NCBI RefSeq assembly: GCF_006345805.1
Contig: NC_042998.1
Coordinates: 6,820,001-6,884,000, forward strand
Direction of reading: 5' to 3'
Origin: Octopus sinensis
Taxonomy: Eukaryota
Length of the DNA stretch: 64,000 nt
Shown: in pieces, positions 12,528 through 24,645 of the stretch
How the letters are laid out: each line of letters starts with the position of its first letter
Numbering within the stretch: the first letter of the stretch is position 1
Made by a program: the position numbers and the translations under genes
The notes under the pieces: generated by a model
Database searches by the model: none
What the model was told of the DNA's origin: nothing
The model's input: the letters and a program-made list of their open reading frames with translations, nothing else

Positions 12528-13245
12528 GTACATACATATACATACACATGGACATATATATATATGTGTGTGTGTGCGTGAGGCTGTGTGTGTGTGTGAG
12601 GCTGTGTGTGTGTGTGTGTATATATATATATAATATATGTATATATATACACACTTGAACATCAGGACTAATGAAATTTAACAATAGCCCGAATTTGTTG
12701 CTTAACACTTAACATGAATCTCCCTAACTGATAGTCACAATAAAACACTCAACGTGTCAAACTTGTCCATGAAGCCTTGTTAAAGCTTCTCTCGTGATTT
12801 CGGTCAAGAAGGAATATTTTAGTAATTCGTTATCTCTCACATACTTCACCTGAGAAATTGTTTCACTGAGGATTATCTCTTTGCTGCAGGTCAGTCCTCA
12901 ATCATGTTCACCTGTGAACCAAGATTTTGCGGTTTTAACCTTCTTACCTTTTTTTGTGAATTGGACACGGCATTGTGTTAAAGACGGTAGTGTGTGATTT
13001 AAAGGAGATTCAGTTGCTATTGCTAGCAGGTCAAGAGGCTGTATCAAGGCTCCCTTAGTTTGTTTATTATGTACATACATACATGTGTGTGAGTGTGGGG
13101 GTACCTGTATGTATGTATGTATGTATCTATCTATCTATCTATTTGTGTGTATACATATGTATGTGTGTATGTGTGTGTGTGTATATATATATATATATGT
13201 ATACATACATATATATATATATATATATAGATACATGTATATACA

Positions 13246-13280
<35 letters not shown>

Positions 13281-13375
13281 ATATATATACATATACATAT
13301 ATATATGTTCACACATATATATATATATATACATACATAAAAATATATATACATGTATGTGTGCATGTGTGTGTA
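12220..13375. repeat. Compound (ATCT)/(AC)/(AT) microsatellite blocks (12220-12660 and 13080-13375)
   Basis: Direct reading; these produce the IY/HT/CV pseudo-ORFs in the track. Confidence 0.95.
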
Positions 13376-13680
13376 TCGATTAGACTATCAGATCTTGCTA
13401 TACATCATTGGTCACAATGCGCTTCCAACTCCTTCTTGATTGTGTCCTTCTTTTCCATTTTGGCCTAGACTGTTTTAACCAGATCCTCATTGTGATGGGC
13501 CCTTTCTCTTCTTTTGAATACCACTTGGCAACTGCACTTGTCCTCCAGTTGCCTGTGAACCTTTGTGATATGTTTGGCCCAATAGAATTTGTGCTTTTTG
13601 GCATTCAGAAATCACATCATTGACTCTGCTCCAATCTTCTCAATAATAATTGCGCTCAAAGCTAAGTTGACCATGGCTCT
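13375..13680 (-). pseudogene. Decayed RTE-1-type LINE 3' end (ORF C-terminus plus short 3' UTR)
   Basis: Frameshifted minus frames read KKHKFYWAKHI / RFTGNWRTSAVAKWYSKEEKGP / WKRRTQSRRSWKR, matching the RTE pattern K.RWAGH.AR..DNRWT..V.EWYPR..KRP...W....R..W. Confidence 0.75.
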
Positions 13681-13711
13681 ATTACTACTACTACTGCTTC
13701 TGCTGCTGCTG

Positions 13712-13747
<36 letters not shown>

Positions 13748-14579
13748 ATAATAATAATGATAATAATAATTATTATTATTATTATTATTACTGACTGTGA
13801 TATCCTACATGCGATTTTATATGCAAGTGAGATAAGGGCTACTACGAAGGAGAAAGGACATCGATTGGCTATGATGCCATGCTTGGAATATCAGTTCTAT
13901 GACCCATAGTTGGAATGTCATTGTGAAAGCATATCTGAAATGAGGTAATCTGAATGTCTGTGTGTGTGTGTGTGTTTATGTGTAAGAATGTCAGTAGCAC
14001 TGAAATGGATCTCTCTCATCATTGTTGTTGCTTTAGTCCCAGTTCATCCTGATCAAACAGACCAATGATCAAAACCGTTCCGTATGTGACCATCCCATTT
14101 ATTTACCAAGCACTCCGCATCACCCATGACCACATTATCCTGTATGTACATTTCTAAGATAATAAATACCGTGTAATTTGAGGGAGATTTGGCTGTTATT
14201 TCTAGCAAATCTATCTCCTTAGTATCAGTTTCTTTCTTTGGTTTCCGTTACGAGGTTTTTGTTTTGTTAAGCAACAGCTCCAAGAATTAATACTGTTGCC
14301 TGAAGGAAAGTGATTCCTGTCGTGTCTAAATGTCTTGGCGGCTGTATTTATGCAAGAAAACAAAGTTAGGTTATTATTTCTTTTGAATTTTGTATACTCT
14401 TGTCATGCAAAAGAAGCAGTATCCTTCCAATTCTGTTGGAATTCTTCAAAAAAAAAAGAAACTTGTTAATGAATATTTTGGTTTCAGGTAAAAGTAAAAT
14501 TGTTCAACATCTGCATTGAAGTCTTTGCCATTTCATTTATATTTGTTTGAAAAACAACACTCCGTTCCTACCCCCACCC

Positions 14580-15073
14580 CAACAGCCCACCACCACCACC
14601 ACCATCATCAACATTATTTCCATAGTTGTTGTTGTTGTTGTTGCCATCTTCGTTACAGGTGTTGTCATCATCTTCATTTTCATGACGATCATCATCACCA
14701 TCATCATCACCATCATCATGATTGTTATCAGTGTCATGGTTGCTTTCATCATCATCATCACGATCATCATCACGATCATCATCATCATTATCATCGAAGC
14801 AAGCAGTTCAAACGGATTCTTTCTTCTTCAGCCTTAATAGCTTCACACCATCTTCTGTAGGTGTGTAAAGTGAATGCGTGCCTTCGTGTAAGTGTCTGTA
14901 ATCGTATAAAAGACACAGGTATGTATGTGTACATGTGTGTGTGTGTGTATTTATTGTGTCTATGTAGTAAGTCACTCTACAGAATCATTCTTGTCAAATC
15001 CTTTGAGTTTTAATTACGGTGAACCATTTCGTTCGGTGCTATTCTGCTATTTCACTAACTTTCATGATTATTA

Positions 15074-15112
<39 letters not shown>

Positions 15113-15165
15113 TGTTATTATTATCATCATTATTATTATTACTATTATTACTATTACTATTATTA

Positions 15166-15205
<40 letters not shown>

Positions 15206-15270
15206 TATTATCATTATTATTACTATTATTATTGCTGTTGTTGTTGATGATGATATTATTTTTGTTTGTT
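14580..15270. repeat. (CAC/CAT)n and (ATT)n trinucleotide tracts
   Basis: Direct reading. Confidence 0.95.
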
Positions 15271-15660
15271 ATTAACTGTTCTTATCGTTATTAATTTTGT
15301 TAAATTTTTTCTTCCTTTTTTTTTTCGTAATCTTTTTCTTTTTTTATTATTAATGCTCAAATTAATCCTGTGCTGTTGCTAACAACATTGTCAAAGGTTC
15401 TCTTTTTAATTAAGATAATGTACAGGAGCAGGGGATGATTGTATGCGTGTGTCTGTATGATCAAGAAAGAGTATCTTTAACTTGGTGTGTTTAGTTTTTT
15501 CCGATTCCGCTCTCTCTCTCCTCTCCTCTCTCTCTCTCTCTCCTGCAATTCATTCATTATTTGATAGCTAGCAGTATCTAATTTTAATTCATTCGTCTAA
15601 CGAACAAGGAAAAATAAAAAAAATCTACTACTACTACTACTGTTACTACTACTACTAATG

Positions 15661-15695
<35 letters not shown>

Positions 15696-15696
<1 letters not shown>

Positions 15697-15857
15697 TGCC
15701 CTGATGCAATGCTAGGCAGTGGCTCTCATGGTTTCTGATCTTAACTGATTGGAAGTGTTATCATGTACATTGTTTTGTCTTGGTATAAAAGATGGGCTAC
15801 AGCAAATATTCTGCTCAATACCACAGATTTGCTTGTCAGTTGTTTGACCTTGTCCAG
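15696..15857 (-). mobile_element. Truncated retroposon 3' end with (ATT)n tail, family unassigned
   Basis: Complex sequence abutting (AAT)n at 15660-15695 and ending abruptly at about 15857; recalled as a common octopus interspersed repeat. Confidence 0.45.
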
Positions 15858-15869
15858 TATCGGATCGAT

Positions 15870-15924
15870 CCCTAACCCTTAACCCTTAACTCTAGCCCTT
15901 AACCCTCTAACGTAAATCCTAAAC
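15870..15924 (+). repeat. Degenerate telomere-like (CCCTAA/CCCTTAA) tract
   Basis: ccctaacccttaacccttaactctagcccttaaccctctaacgtaaatcctaaac. Confidence 0.7.
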
Positions 15925-16315
15925 TACAATCTTTGTGTTACTAGATCTGCTCTGAAACAGTTAGGCCATTTGCCCATAGGCAAGAGAGTAGTCAATTTTA
16001 TTGCTCTTAAATTAAAAAATAGGCACATGGTCAAGGGAAGGGGCTAGCTAGTTGACTACATTGATCCCAGTATCCAACTGGTACTTATTTGATCAACCAC
16101 AAAATGTCGAAAAGGTAAAGTTGACCTTAGCAGAATTTGAACACAGAATGTAAAGAACCAGAAGTGTTCTGTCCAGTCTGCTAACATTTGTCCAGAAGTA
16201 TTAAAGCTTTCCACCTTGATACTGCTGCTACTAATAATAATGATAATAATGATTCTGATGATGACCATAGGCTTGCTTAGATTTATATGACCTTATTCCT
16301 CCTTCCAAACTTTCT

Positions 16316-16610
16316 ATATATTTCGTAATTAGCATTAATATACCGGGGGACAAGTTGATATCGTGATTCTGGATAGAAAAATATGTTTTGTCATCAACAT
16401 TACTATACCTGGAGATAACTTAATAAGGAGATTGTTGTTGGAGAAACAAATATATGATTTATAACCAGCATTGCTATACCTGGAGATAATTCAAAAGTGT
16501 AATTGCTGACAGAGGAATGAATATGTTTTATAACAAGCATTACTTTACCTGGAGATAACTAGATATTATGGTTCGTGATAGCAAAACAATGTACATGTTT
16601 TATAACTAGC
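16316..16610 (+). repeat. Tandem array of ~65-71-bp units with conserved core (atgttttataac.agcatt.ctatacctggagataact)
   Basis: Core acc(t/g)gg at 16342, 16407, 16478 and 16547; partial fifth unit to about 16610. Units translate as DIVILDRKICFVINITIPGDN-like peptides. Confidence 0.85.
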
Positions 16611-16663
16611 CTTTATATCTATTATATGTCTTGAAATAATAAGTATGTATAAGTATTATATAT

Positions 16664-16705
<42 letters not shown>

Positions 16706-16789
16706 ATGTATGTATTATTATACATAGAGACAGTAATATTGTTTCTAAAGACTTGAAGAAAATGATAGGTACTAAGAAGTTATCTTTTA

Positions 16790-17145
16790 CTTGTTTCAGC
16801 CATTAGTCTTTGGCCATTCTGGGGCACAGTCTTGAGGAGTTTTTAGTCAAATGAATCAGCCCCAGTACTGTCTTTTTCTATTGTTCTTTTTTACTGAACT
16901 GCTAAATTACAAGGATGTAAACAAACCAGCACCAGTTGTCAAGCAGTAGCAGGGGACAAAACCAGGCTCAAAGACACACACACATACACACAAATGTAAA
17001 CGACAAGCTTCTTTCAGTTTCCATCTACTAAATCCACCCATAAGGCTTTGGTTGGCCCAAGGTTATAGTGGAAGACACTTGCTCAACGTGTCACACAGTG
17101 AGACTGAACCCGGAACCATGTGGTTGGGAAGCAAATTTCTTACCA
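16790..17145 (-). mobile_element. SINE group A, older copy
   Basis: ttttacttgtttcagccatt...gactgaacccggaaccatgtggttgggaagc...ttaccacac. Confidence 0.8.
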
Positions 17146-17232
17146 CACATTCATACTTATTGGAAGATTTGTTTGACCGTCAGAGAGAATGCCTTGTCAT
17201 GTTTGTTTTTGTTCTCTGCAGTCTGGGTTTAA

Positions 17233-17428
17233 CCCTTTAGCATTCAGATTAATTTGGCAAAAATAACCCTTATTTCTTCACATTTAAAAAAAATTTATCT
17301 GATATTATTTTGTAGCTTATTTTTAGAATGACATTGCAGGGTAGGTGTGAGATGCTGGCTCTGGCCAGTTAGAGCATAAAGTGTGTAGAATATTTGGGCC
17401 AGATACAGCTGGTTTAAACTCTAAAGGG
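17233..17428. mobile_element. piggyBac-like MITE, family 2, intact (196 bp)
   Basis: TTAA (17229-17232) CCCTTTAG ... CTAAAGGG TTAA (17429-17432). Confidence 0.85.
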
Positions 17429-17923
17429 TTAAATCCCACTAAAGCTACTCTTTGTCTATCTAGGGTCACTACCAATCAAATAGTGAAGCTAGTTTTTCCC
17501 TTTTCTTCCCCCCCCCCCCTCTCTCTCCCATAATCAGCTATGTTGTGTAGGGAAAAACAAAAATGAGTTGTGAGAGACAATTGACTTTTCTCCAGAAATG
17601 AAAGTTTTGTGAGTTACTAGCAACTTCCAATATTAGAAAGAAAGAAAGAAAAGAAAAACTGCCAAGTTATTGGAATGGTCCAAGAATGCATAGGGCTGAT
17701 GTATTGTACAGGACAGTAAGGAAATGAAAGAAGATTACTATAATCATTAGAAGTAGGGTTTCATTATGCAATGATGACTTTTCATTACAACTGCTCTATT
17801 TAACATAACACAGAAGCGCTGCATTTAATCAATGCATCTGCTGTCATGGCAGTGGGGATAACTTATAGACTCATCTAAGATTTTAAAAGAAAAAAATTTT
17901 TGAAAATAAAATATATATATGTA

Positions 17924-18333
17924 GGCGCAGGAGTGGCTGTGTGGTAAGTAGCTTGCTAACCAACCACATGGTTCCGGGTTCAGTCCCACTGCATGGCATC
18001 TTGGGCAAGTGTCTTCTGCTATAGCCCCAGGGCCGACCAATGCCTTGTGAGTGGATTTGGTAGACGGAAACTGAAAGAAGCCTGTCGTATATATGTATAA
18101 GTGTGTGCGTGTGTGTATGTTTGTGTGTCTGTGTTTGTCCCCCTAAAATTGCTTGACAACCGATGCTGGTGTGTTTACGTCCCCGTCACTTAGCGGTTCG
18201 GCAAAAGAGACCGATAGAATAAGTACTGGGCTTGCAAAGAATAAGTCCCGGGGTCGATTTGCTTGACTAAAGGCGGTGCTCCAGCATGGCCGCAGTCAAA
18301 TGACTGAAACAAGTAAAAAGAGTAAAAGAGTAA
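17924..18333 (+). mobile_element. SINE group A, full length, young
   Basis: ggcgcaggagtggctgtgtggtaagtagcttgc...ccgggttcagtcccac...gactgaaacaagtaaaaagagtaaaagag; near-identical to four other copies. Confidence 0.92.
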
Positions 18334-19172
18334 ATATATAATAGACAGAAGTAAAGCTCAAAATTGACATTCCTCTCTTTTTTTTTCAATGTTTTTATTT
18401 TTCATTATATGAATAGACAATTTTATTGAGATTAGTTTGGAAAATAAGGTGAAGAAAATTTTCCTGGCTATAAAAACCACATCCCGAGACTTTATGATAT
18501 GCTATGTTAAAAAAAAAACCCCCAAAAAAACCAAAAACGAATATAAAAAAAAAAAAATTAATCTTCAAGCATTATCCACAAAACATTTTCTTGGGATATT
18601 TAGTATCTTTACTTCAGCTTTATTGATGATGTCTTTTGAAAAGAATTGCTGAAGATATGGACAAAAGCTTTTGCATACTTTAATATATTATCTCTTCTAT
18701 ACAAGTTGAAAAAAAAATCACTGATTTTATTAATCTCGCTCCACGTTGATCCGCATGAAAATGATAATAAAGGCAAATTTTACATTGTAGAAGAGGACAT
18801 GTTTCACTTACAAATTAATTAACATAGGCAAACCTTCTTTATAGAAACTAATTAATGTTATTTTCCCTCTCCTAAATTTCCTTAACATACCAAACTGGGT
18901 CAATATTTCAATATTTAATATCAGAAATAGTAATTTCACGGCTATTAATATTGACTCTGTAATGAAGTCACAATGCTTCATCGTTTGATGGAACTAATAA
19001 ATAGGGATAATTAGGAAATACGTTATCAGTTAAAGCCTTCACTGCTCACTCTCATCCGTCTGATTCTTACTGCATCCACTTTATAAATTCTTAATGAAAG
19101 AGAACCTCTACATGGCTGCTCGATTTGCTAGAAATAGTAGCCATATATCTTCTTCAGATCACATCGCATCAT

Positions 19173-19555
19173 GGAAGCACTCCGTCGGTTACGACGATGA
19201 GGGTTCCAGTTGATCCGAATCAACGGAACAGCCTGCTCGTGAAATTAACGTGTAAGTGGCTGAGCACTCCACAGACACGTGTACCCTTAACGCAGTTCTC
19301 GGGGATATTCAGTATGACACAGAGAGTGACAAGGCCAGCCCCTTGAAATACAGGTACAACAGAAACAGGAAGTAAGAGCGAGAGAAAGTTGTGGTGAAAG
19401 AGTACAGCAGGGATCACCACCATCCCCTGCTGGAGCCTCGTGGAGCTTTAGGTGTTTTCACTCAATAAACACTCACAACGCCCGGTCTTGGAATCGAAAC
19501 CGTGATCTTATGACCGGGAGTCCGCTGCCCTAACCACTGGGCCATTGTGCCTTCA
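19173..19555 (-). mobile_element. tRNA-derived SINE group B (tail type iii) with 13-bp TSD
   Basis: TSD cacatcgcatcat at 19160-19172 and 19556-19568; A and B boxes on the reverse strand. Confidence 0.9.
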
Positions 19556-20602
19556 CACATCGCATCATATCATCTTAAGAAATGGAAATATGCTTTGAAT
19601 AATTTAGTCCTGGGCATGTAAGCACAGGCTTAACCATCTGGTTCACTTCCTGACCATGTGGCTTCAGTTTCTGTCCTATTGTGCTGCATCTTGGGCAAAT
19701 GTCCTTTATCATTAAAATCTTTAACTGTTTTGGGAAGAACATTGATTAAATCTTTGTTTATATTAGGGAAGAACCCTTTCTTGTTTACTGATTTCAAGTT
19801 GATGTAAGGATCAGCAAATTATGTTTTATAGTTTGATTTATTTCATCTCTAAACAATTCTGTTTCCCCTATGTTTAAACAAATGTGTACTCTTGTATATT
19901 TGCTAAGTAATTCATTCATCCCTACCTTGACAAGTACAGTTCAAGCTATTTCACTGAAGAGATTTGTTAAGAACAAGTCTAAAGCATGTTCAGAGTTATC
20001 TCCCATATTTACTTAAAATTTTCAAAAAATTTATGAATGCCAATTTTTTTTTTCATCTTCTCCTTGCTGCTTATTTACTTGATGCCCTTTTCAATACATG
20101 ATTATTTTAATACTCCCTACTTTAAACATCTTAACACTAACTTATCTAATGCATGCAGTTGGCATCACAAAATTACTTACGCTAAAGTATATTTTAACAA
20201 GGCTTCATTGCTAAGCAGCACTCTCTTTAAGTCTTTGGTTTATAGGAATACAAAAATAAATGAAATCTCTTTAAAAACTCGACTTACTATATTTATTACT
20301 GCAGCAATTCAATAACTCGTTATTCTTTCAACTTTGTTTTGTTTCCATATTTCCACTTGAATTATGAAGATGGTAGCAAGTCAAAGGGAAAACAATTCAT
20401 TGACATCAAAATTTAGCTATTCTCAGCCTTTCATATATGAAAACCAATAAGAACAACAGATCCAAAACTGCATTACCTCAAAAGCATTAAAGGGATTGAA
20501 TCGTATGAAATCAAAGCAAAAGATACAAATGTCTCAACCGGATTATCCTGTATTATGTGTCTCTACTCACTCTCTTCTCTTTTATACACACACATGTGAA
20601 TA

Positions 20603-21036
20603 TACTCTTTTTCTCTTTTTACTTGCTTCAGTCAGTTGACTGCGGCCATGCTGGAGCACCGCCTTTAGTCGAGCAAATCGAACCCGGGACTTATTCTTTG
20701 TAAGCCCAGTACTTATTCTATCGGTCTCTTTTGCCGAACCGCTAAGTGACGGGGACGTAAACACACCAGCATCGGTTGTCAAGCAATGCTAGGCAGACAA
20801 ACACAGACACACAAACACACAGACACACAAACACACAAACACACACATACATATACATATATATACATATATACTTTGGGCTTCTTTCAGTTTCCGTCTA
20901 CCAAATCCACTCACAAGGCATTGGTCGACCTGGGGCTATAGCAGAAGACACTTGCCCAAGATGCCGCGCAGTGGGACTGAACCCGGAACCATGTGGTTGG
21001 TTAGCAAGCTACTTACCACACAGCCACTCCTGCACC
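20603..21036 (-). mobile_element. SINE group A, full length, young
   Basis: Reverse complement of the 17924-18333 copy; the head ~22 bp is duplicated again at about 21040-21058. Confidence 0.92.
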
Positions 21037-21632
21037 TACCACAGCCACCCCTGCACCTATATATATATTTATATATATATTTATCTACATATAAGTGTAT
21101 ACATGTGTGTGTATAGATTTGCACTCACACAAATCTGTATGCATACATGTGAATGTGTCTGTAACAACAATAACAATAAGGAGAAGAATAGTAATAATAA
21201 CAATGATAATGGCAATGATGATAATAGTAATTTTGCTTAGCCATAACAGAAATAATAATTGGTTGTTAGATGTCAATCAATATACTATAATGCACAGTAT
21301 TTCTAAACTCTGGCTAAAAGTTAGTGTCAATTTACTAGAGTCCTCACTGCTGGACACCTATATAAACCAGAAGAATAGTACAGAACCTAATATTAATTAA
21401 GAGATAAATGACAAAAGCAGAAGTTATGTAACACACTTCATATCAAGGGTCTGATGTCACTATATGATGACACTTTGTCATTCAATACTGAGTGCACAAT
21501 TCTTTATAGCAGAAACAGTTGTAAGTCATTGAATGTGATTATGTGGCACCTGTTCCTCTGTAATTTATATACATATCCATGGGGCAGCTGATGATGGAGA
21601 TATGTTAGTTTGTTAGTATGGCTGTTTTTGTA

Positions 21633-21676
<44 letters not shown>

Positions 21677-21861
21677 CACACACATGGATATATACATCAG
21701 GCTTCTTTCAGAGTCCGTCTACCAGATCCACCAGCACAGCTTTCGTTGGCTCCAGGGCTAAGACACTTGCCCAAGATACTGCACAGTGGAATTGAACTTA
21801 GAACCACATGGTTGGGAAGCAAGCTTCTTCCCAAGCAGTTACGTCTGCACCAATATATATG

Positions 21862-21899
<38 letters not shown>

Positions 21900-21907
21900 A
21901 TATATAT

Positions 21908-21982
<75 letters not shown>

Positions 21983-22167
21983 TACACACACACACACAAA
22001 CAGAGATGAGCATGTAAGTGCAAAACTAGATGGGAAAAAAAGTACTTGATTACCAAAGGTTGAGTAATATGCTGTCCGATAGATGGGAATGTGAAACTCT
22101 GAGTAACAGTTTTTGTGATAGTTTTGCATCTTTAATAAACAGTATATATATATATATATATTTCTAA

Positions 22168-22201
<34 letters not shown>

Positions 22202-23161
22202 GCACAGACTTTACATATTCATTAGTTGTTAGAAGGAAACACTACATCAAAACATATTACAGTCTGCCACAAATCATTTCATTTGTAAATGAATATGCAT
22301 ATATGTATGTGTGTGTGTATGCATATTCACATATATGTATATGTATATTTTTATATATATATATATACATACATACATATGCGTATACATATATATGTTT
22401 GCATATATGTGTATGTATGTGTCTGTATATATATACATGTCTATGTGTATATAATATACACATAAAGCAAATAGAGACATATATACACACAAAGACGTAA
22501 AACATACATGCACACACAGATTCAAAGAAATAAACTTGCAGCCAGATAGATTGATAGATGTAGAGCGTGCAAAGTCGAAAGCATGCGAAAATATGAAGCA
22601 AGATGAGATGGAGAAATTGAAATATTTAGCATCCTCAATGCTATTAAAAATAAAGGAAATAAAAAGAAAATTGTAAAAAGACATCAAGAAATTAGAAAGG
22701 TAAAAAAAAAAAATCAAGTATTTCATTTTTGAATGCTCAACTATTTTCTCTTACCTTGTCGAAATCATTTGAGAATAAGAAAGGAGCTTAAATACGTACA
22801 AAATATTGAAAGGAAGAATAAACAAGAAGAGAAGAAATATCATTGGGAACCTCTGGGATTGCATAATAGATGAATATACTTCTTGGTATGAGATATTATA
22901 TTGTGAATTTCTCTCTTTCTCTCTGTGTGTTTTTCTCTGTCTCTCTGTCTCTCTGTCTCTCTTTCTCTGTATATGTATGTCTATGTATCTTTTTCCTGTC
23001 TCTCTGTCTGTCTGTCTCTCTCTCTCTGCATATATGTCTGTGCGTGTTTGAATTTAATACACACATCTAACTATATATACATACATCAGCATATTCATAT
23101 AGACATATATATATATATATATATATATACACCACACATAAATATATAGATATATGCATGT

Positions 23162-23227
<66 letters not shown>

Positions 23228-24373
23228 GCTTTTATAAATCCTTGGTGATCTGTCATCAATGCTTCCTCAGTCATCTTTACTTTTGAATCCTTGCCACAGT
23301 AACGGCAGTGGTGGTGGTGGTTGTGGGGGCAACGGTGGGGTGTTAATAAAAAAAAAAAACCAAAACACTAGGTAAAAAAAAGAAAACAAGCCCCCCACCC
23401 CCACCCATAAATCTCCCCCAAAACAAACAAACTATCAAACAAACACGATTCACACCTTATTATTATTTCTTCTTTTGATGATTATATTATATAAATTGGA
23501 AAACTGCGGTTATTTATGTATTGTACTATTTCAGCCTCTATTGCATTCCTTTGCACAACACCATACGAGGCACATTGAATTTCTTACTTACTCTTGCATC
23601 TTTTATGACTGGCCCATTATATATTCTATTGCAATATAGAAATTTGAATGGAACAGGTTTTCAGAAACTTTTATTACAGAAATATAATAATTATTGTACA
23701 TTTCCTGCAACTTGCTTAGCGTAACATTATTTCTGTCTATGAAATGATATTCCCTCTTCCCCCGTTCTGTTGCTTTCCCTTTTCTCTTTTGAATCATTTC
23801 AATTCTCTGCTACCCATCACTCTATCTCATTCTATCTGTCTGTCTGTCTCTCTCTTTCTTGTCCATTTTTTGAAAATTTTGTTTTTATCTTCATCAATAA
23901 TGTTTCTTATATCCGGAATATATATATGCTTGTGTTCATATTATTCCGTTTCTCCACCATTACTGTTTTTTTCTTGTCCCCAAAGTTTCTTACTCCCACA
24001 TATGTGCACTTACACAACCACTATGCAAATATATATATATGTATATTCCATTCTAGCATGGAAAAACAGATATTAAATAAATGAAGAAATATTTATATAT
24101 ATATATGTATATATATGTGTATGTGTGTGAGTGCATGTATGTGTGTGTTTGTATGTGTATGTATGTATGCATGTGTATATAAATATGTTTGTGTGTGTCT
24201 GTGTGTGTATATATATATATATATATGTTTGTATGTTTGTATGTAAATATATATGTATGTATATATATGTATATATATATATATATATTATATATATATA
24301 TATATATATACACACACATATATATATACACACACACATATATATGTATATATATGTATATACATATACATAC

Positions 24374-24645
24374 GACTGGCTTCCGTGCCGGTGGCACATA
24401 AAATACACCAATCTGACCGTGGCCGTTGCCAGCCCCGCCTGGCACCTGTGCAGGTGGCACGTAAAAAGCACCCACTACACTCACGGAGTGGTTGGTGTTA
24501 GGAAGGGCATCCAGCTGTAGAAACATTGCCAGATTAGACTGGAGCCTGGTGCAGCCTTCTGGCTTCCCAGAACCCCGGTCGAACTGTCCAACCCATGCTA
24601 GCATGGAGAACGGACGTTAAACGACGATGATGACGACGATGATGA
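24374..24645 (+). mobile_element. RTE LINE 3'-end copy
   Basis: gtggcacgtaaaaagcacccactacactcacggagtgg...catgctagcatggagaacggacgttaaacgacgatgatg. Confidence 0.88.

Noticed and set aside
16316-16610. Reading the 70-bp array as a CRISPR array, or as minus-strand recursive splice sites (ttatctccag|gta)
   Set aside because: Eukaryotic context, no cas genes, and the spacers are homologous to each other. The AG|GT reading follows automatically from the repeated core and has no independent support.
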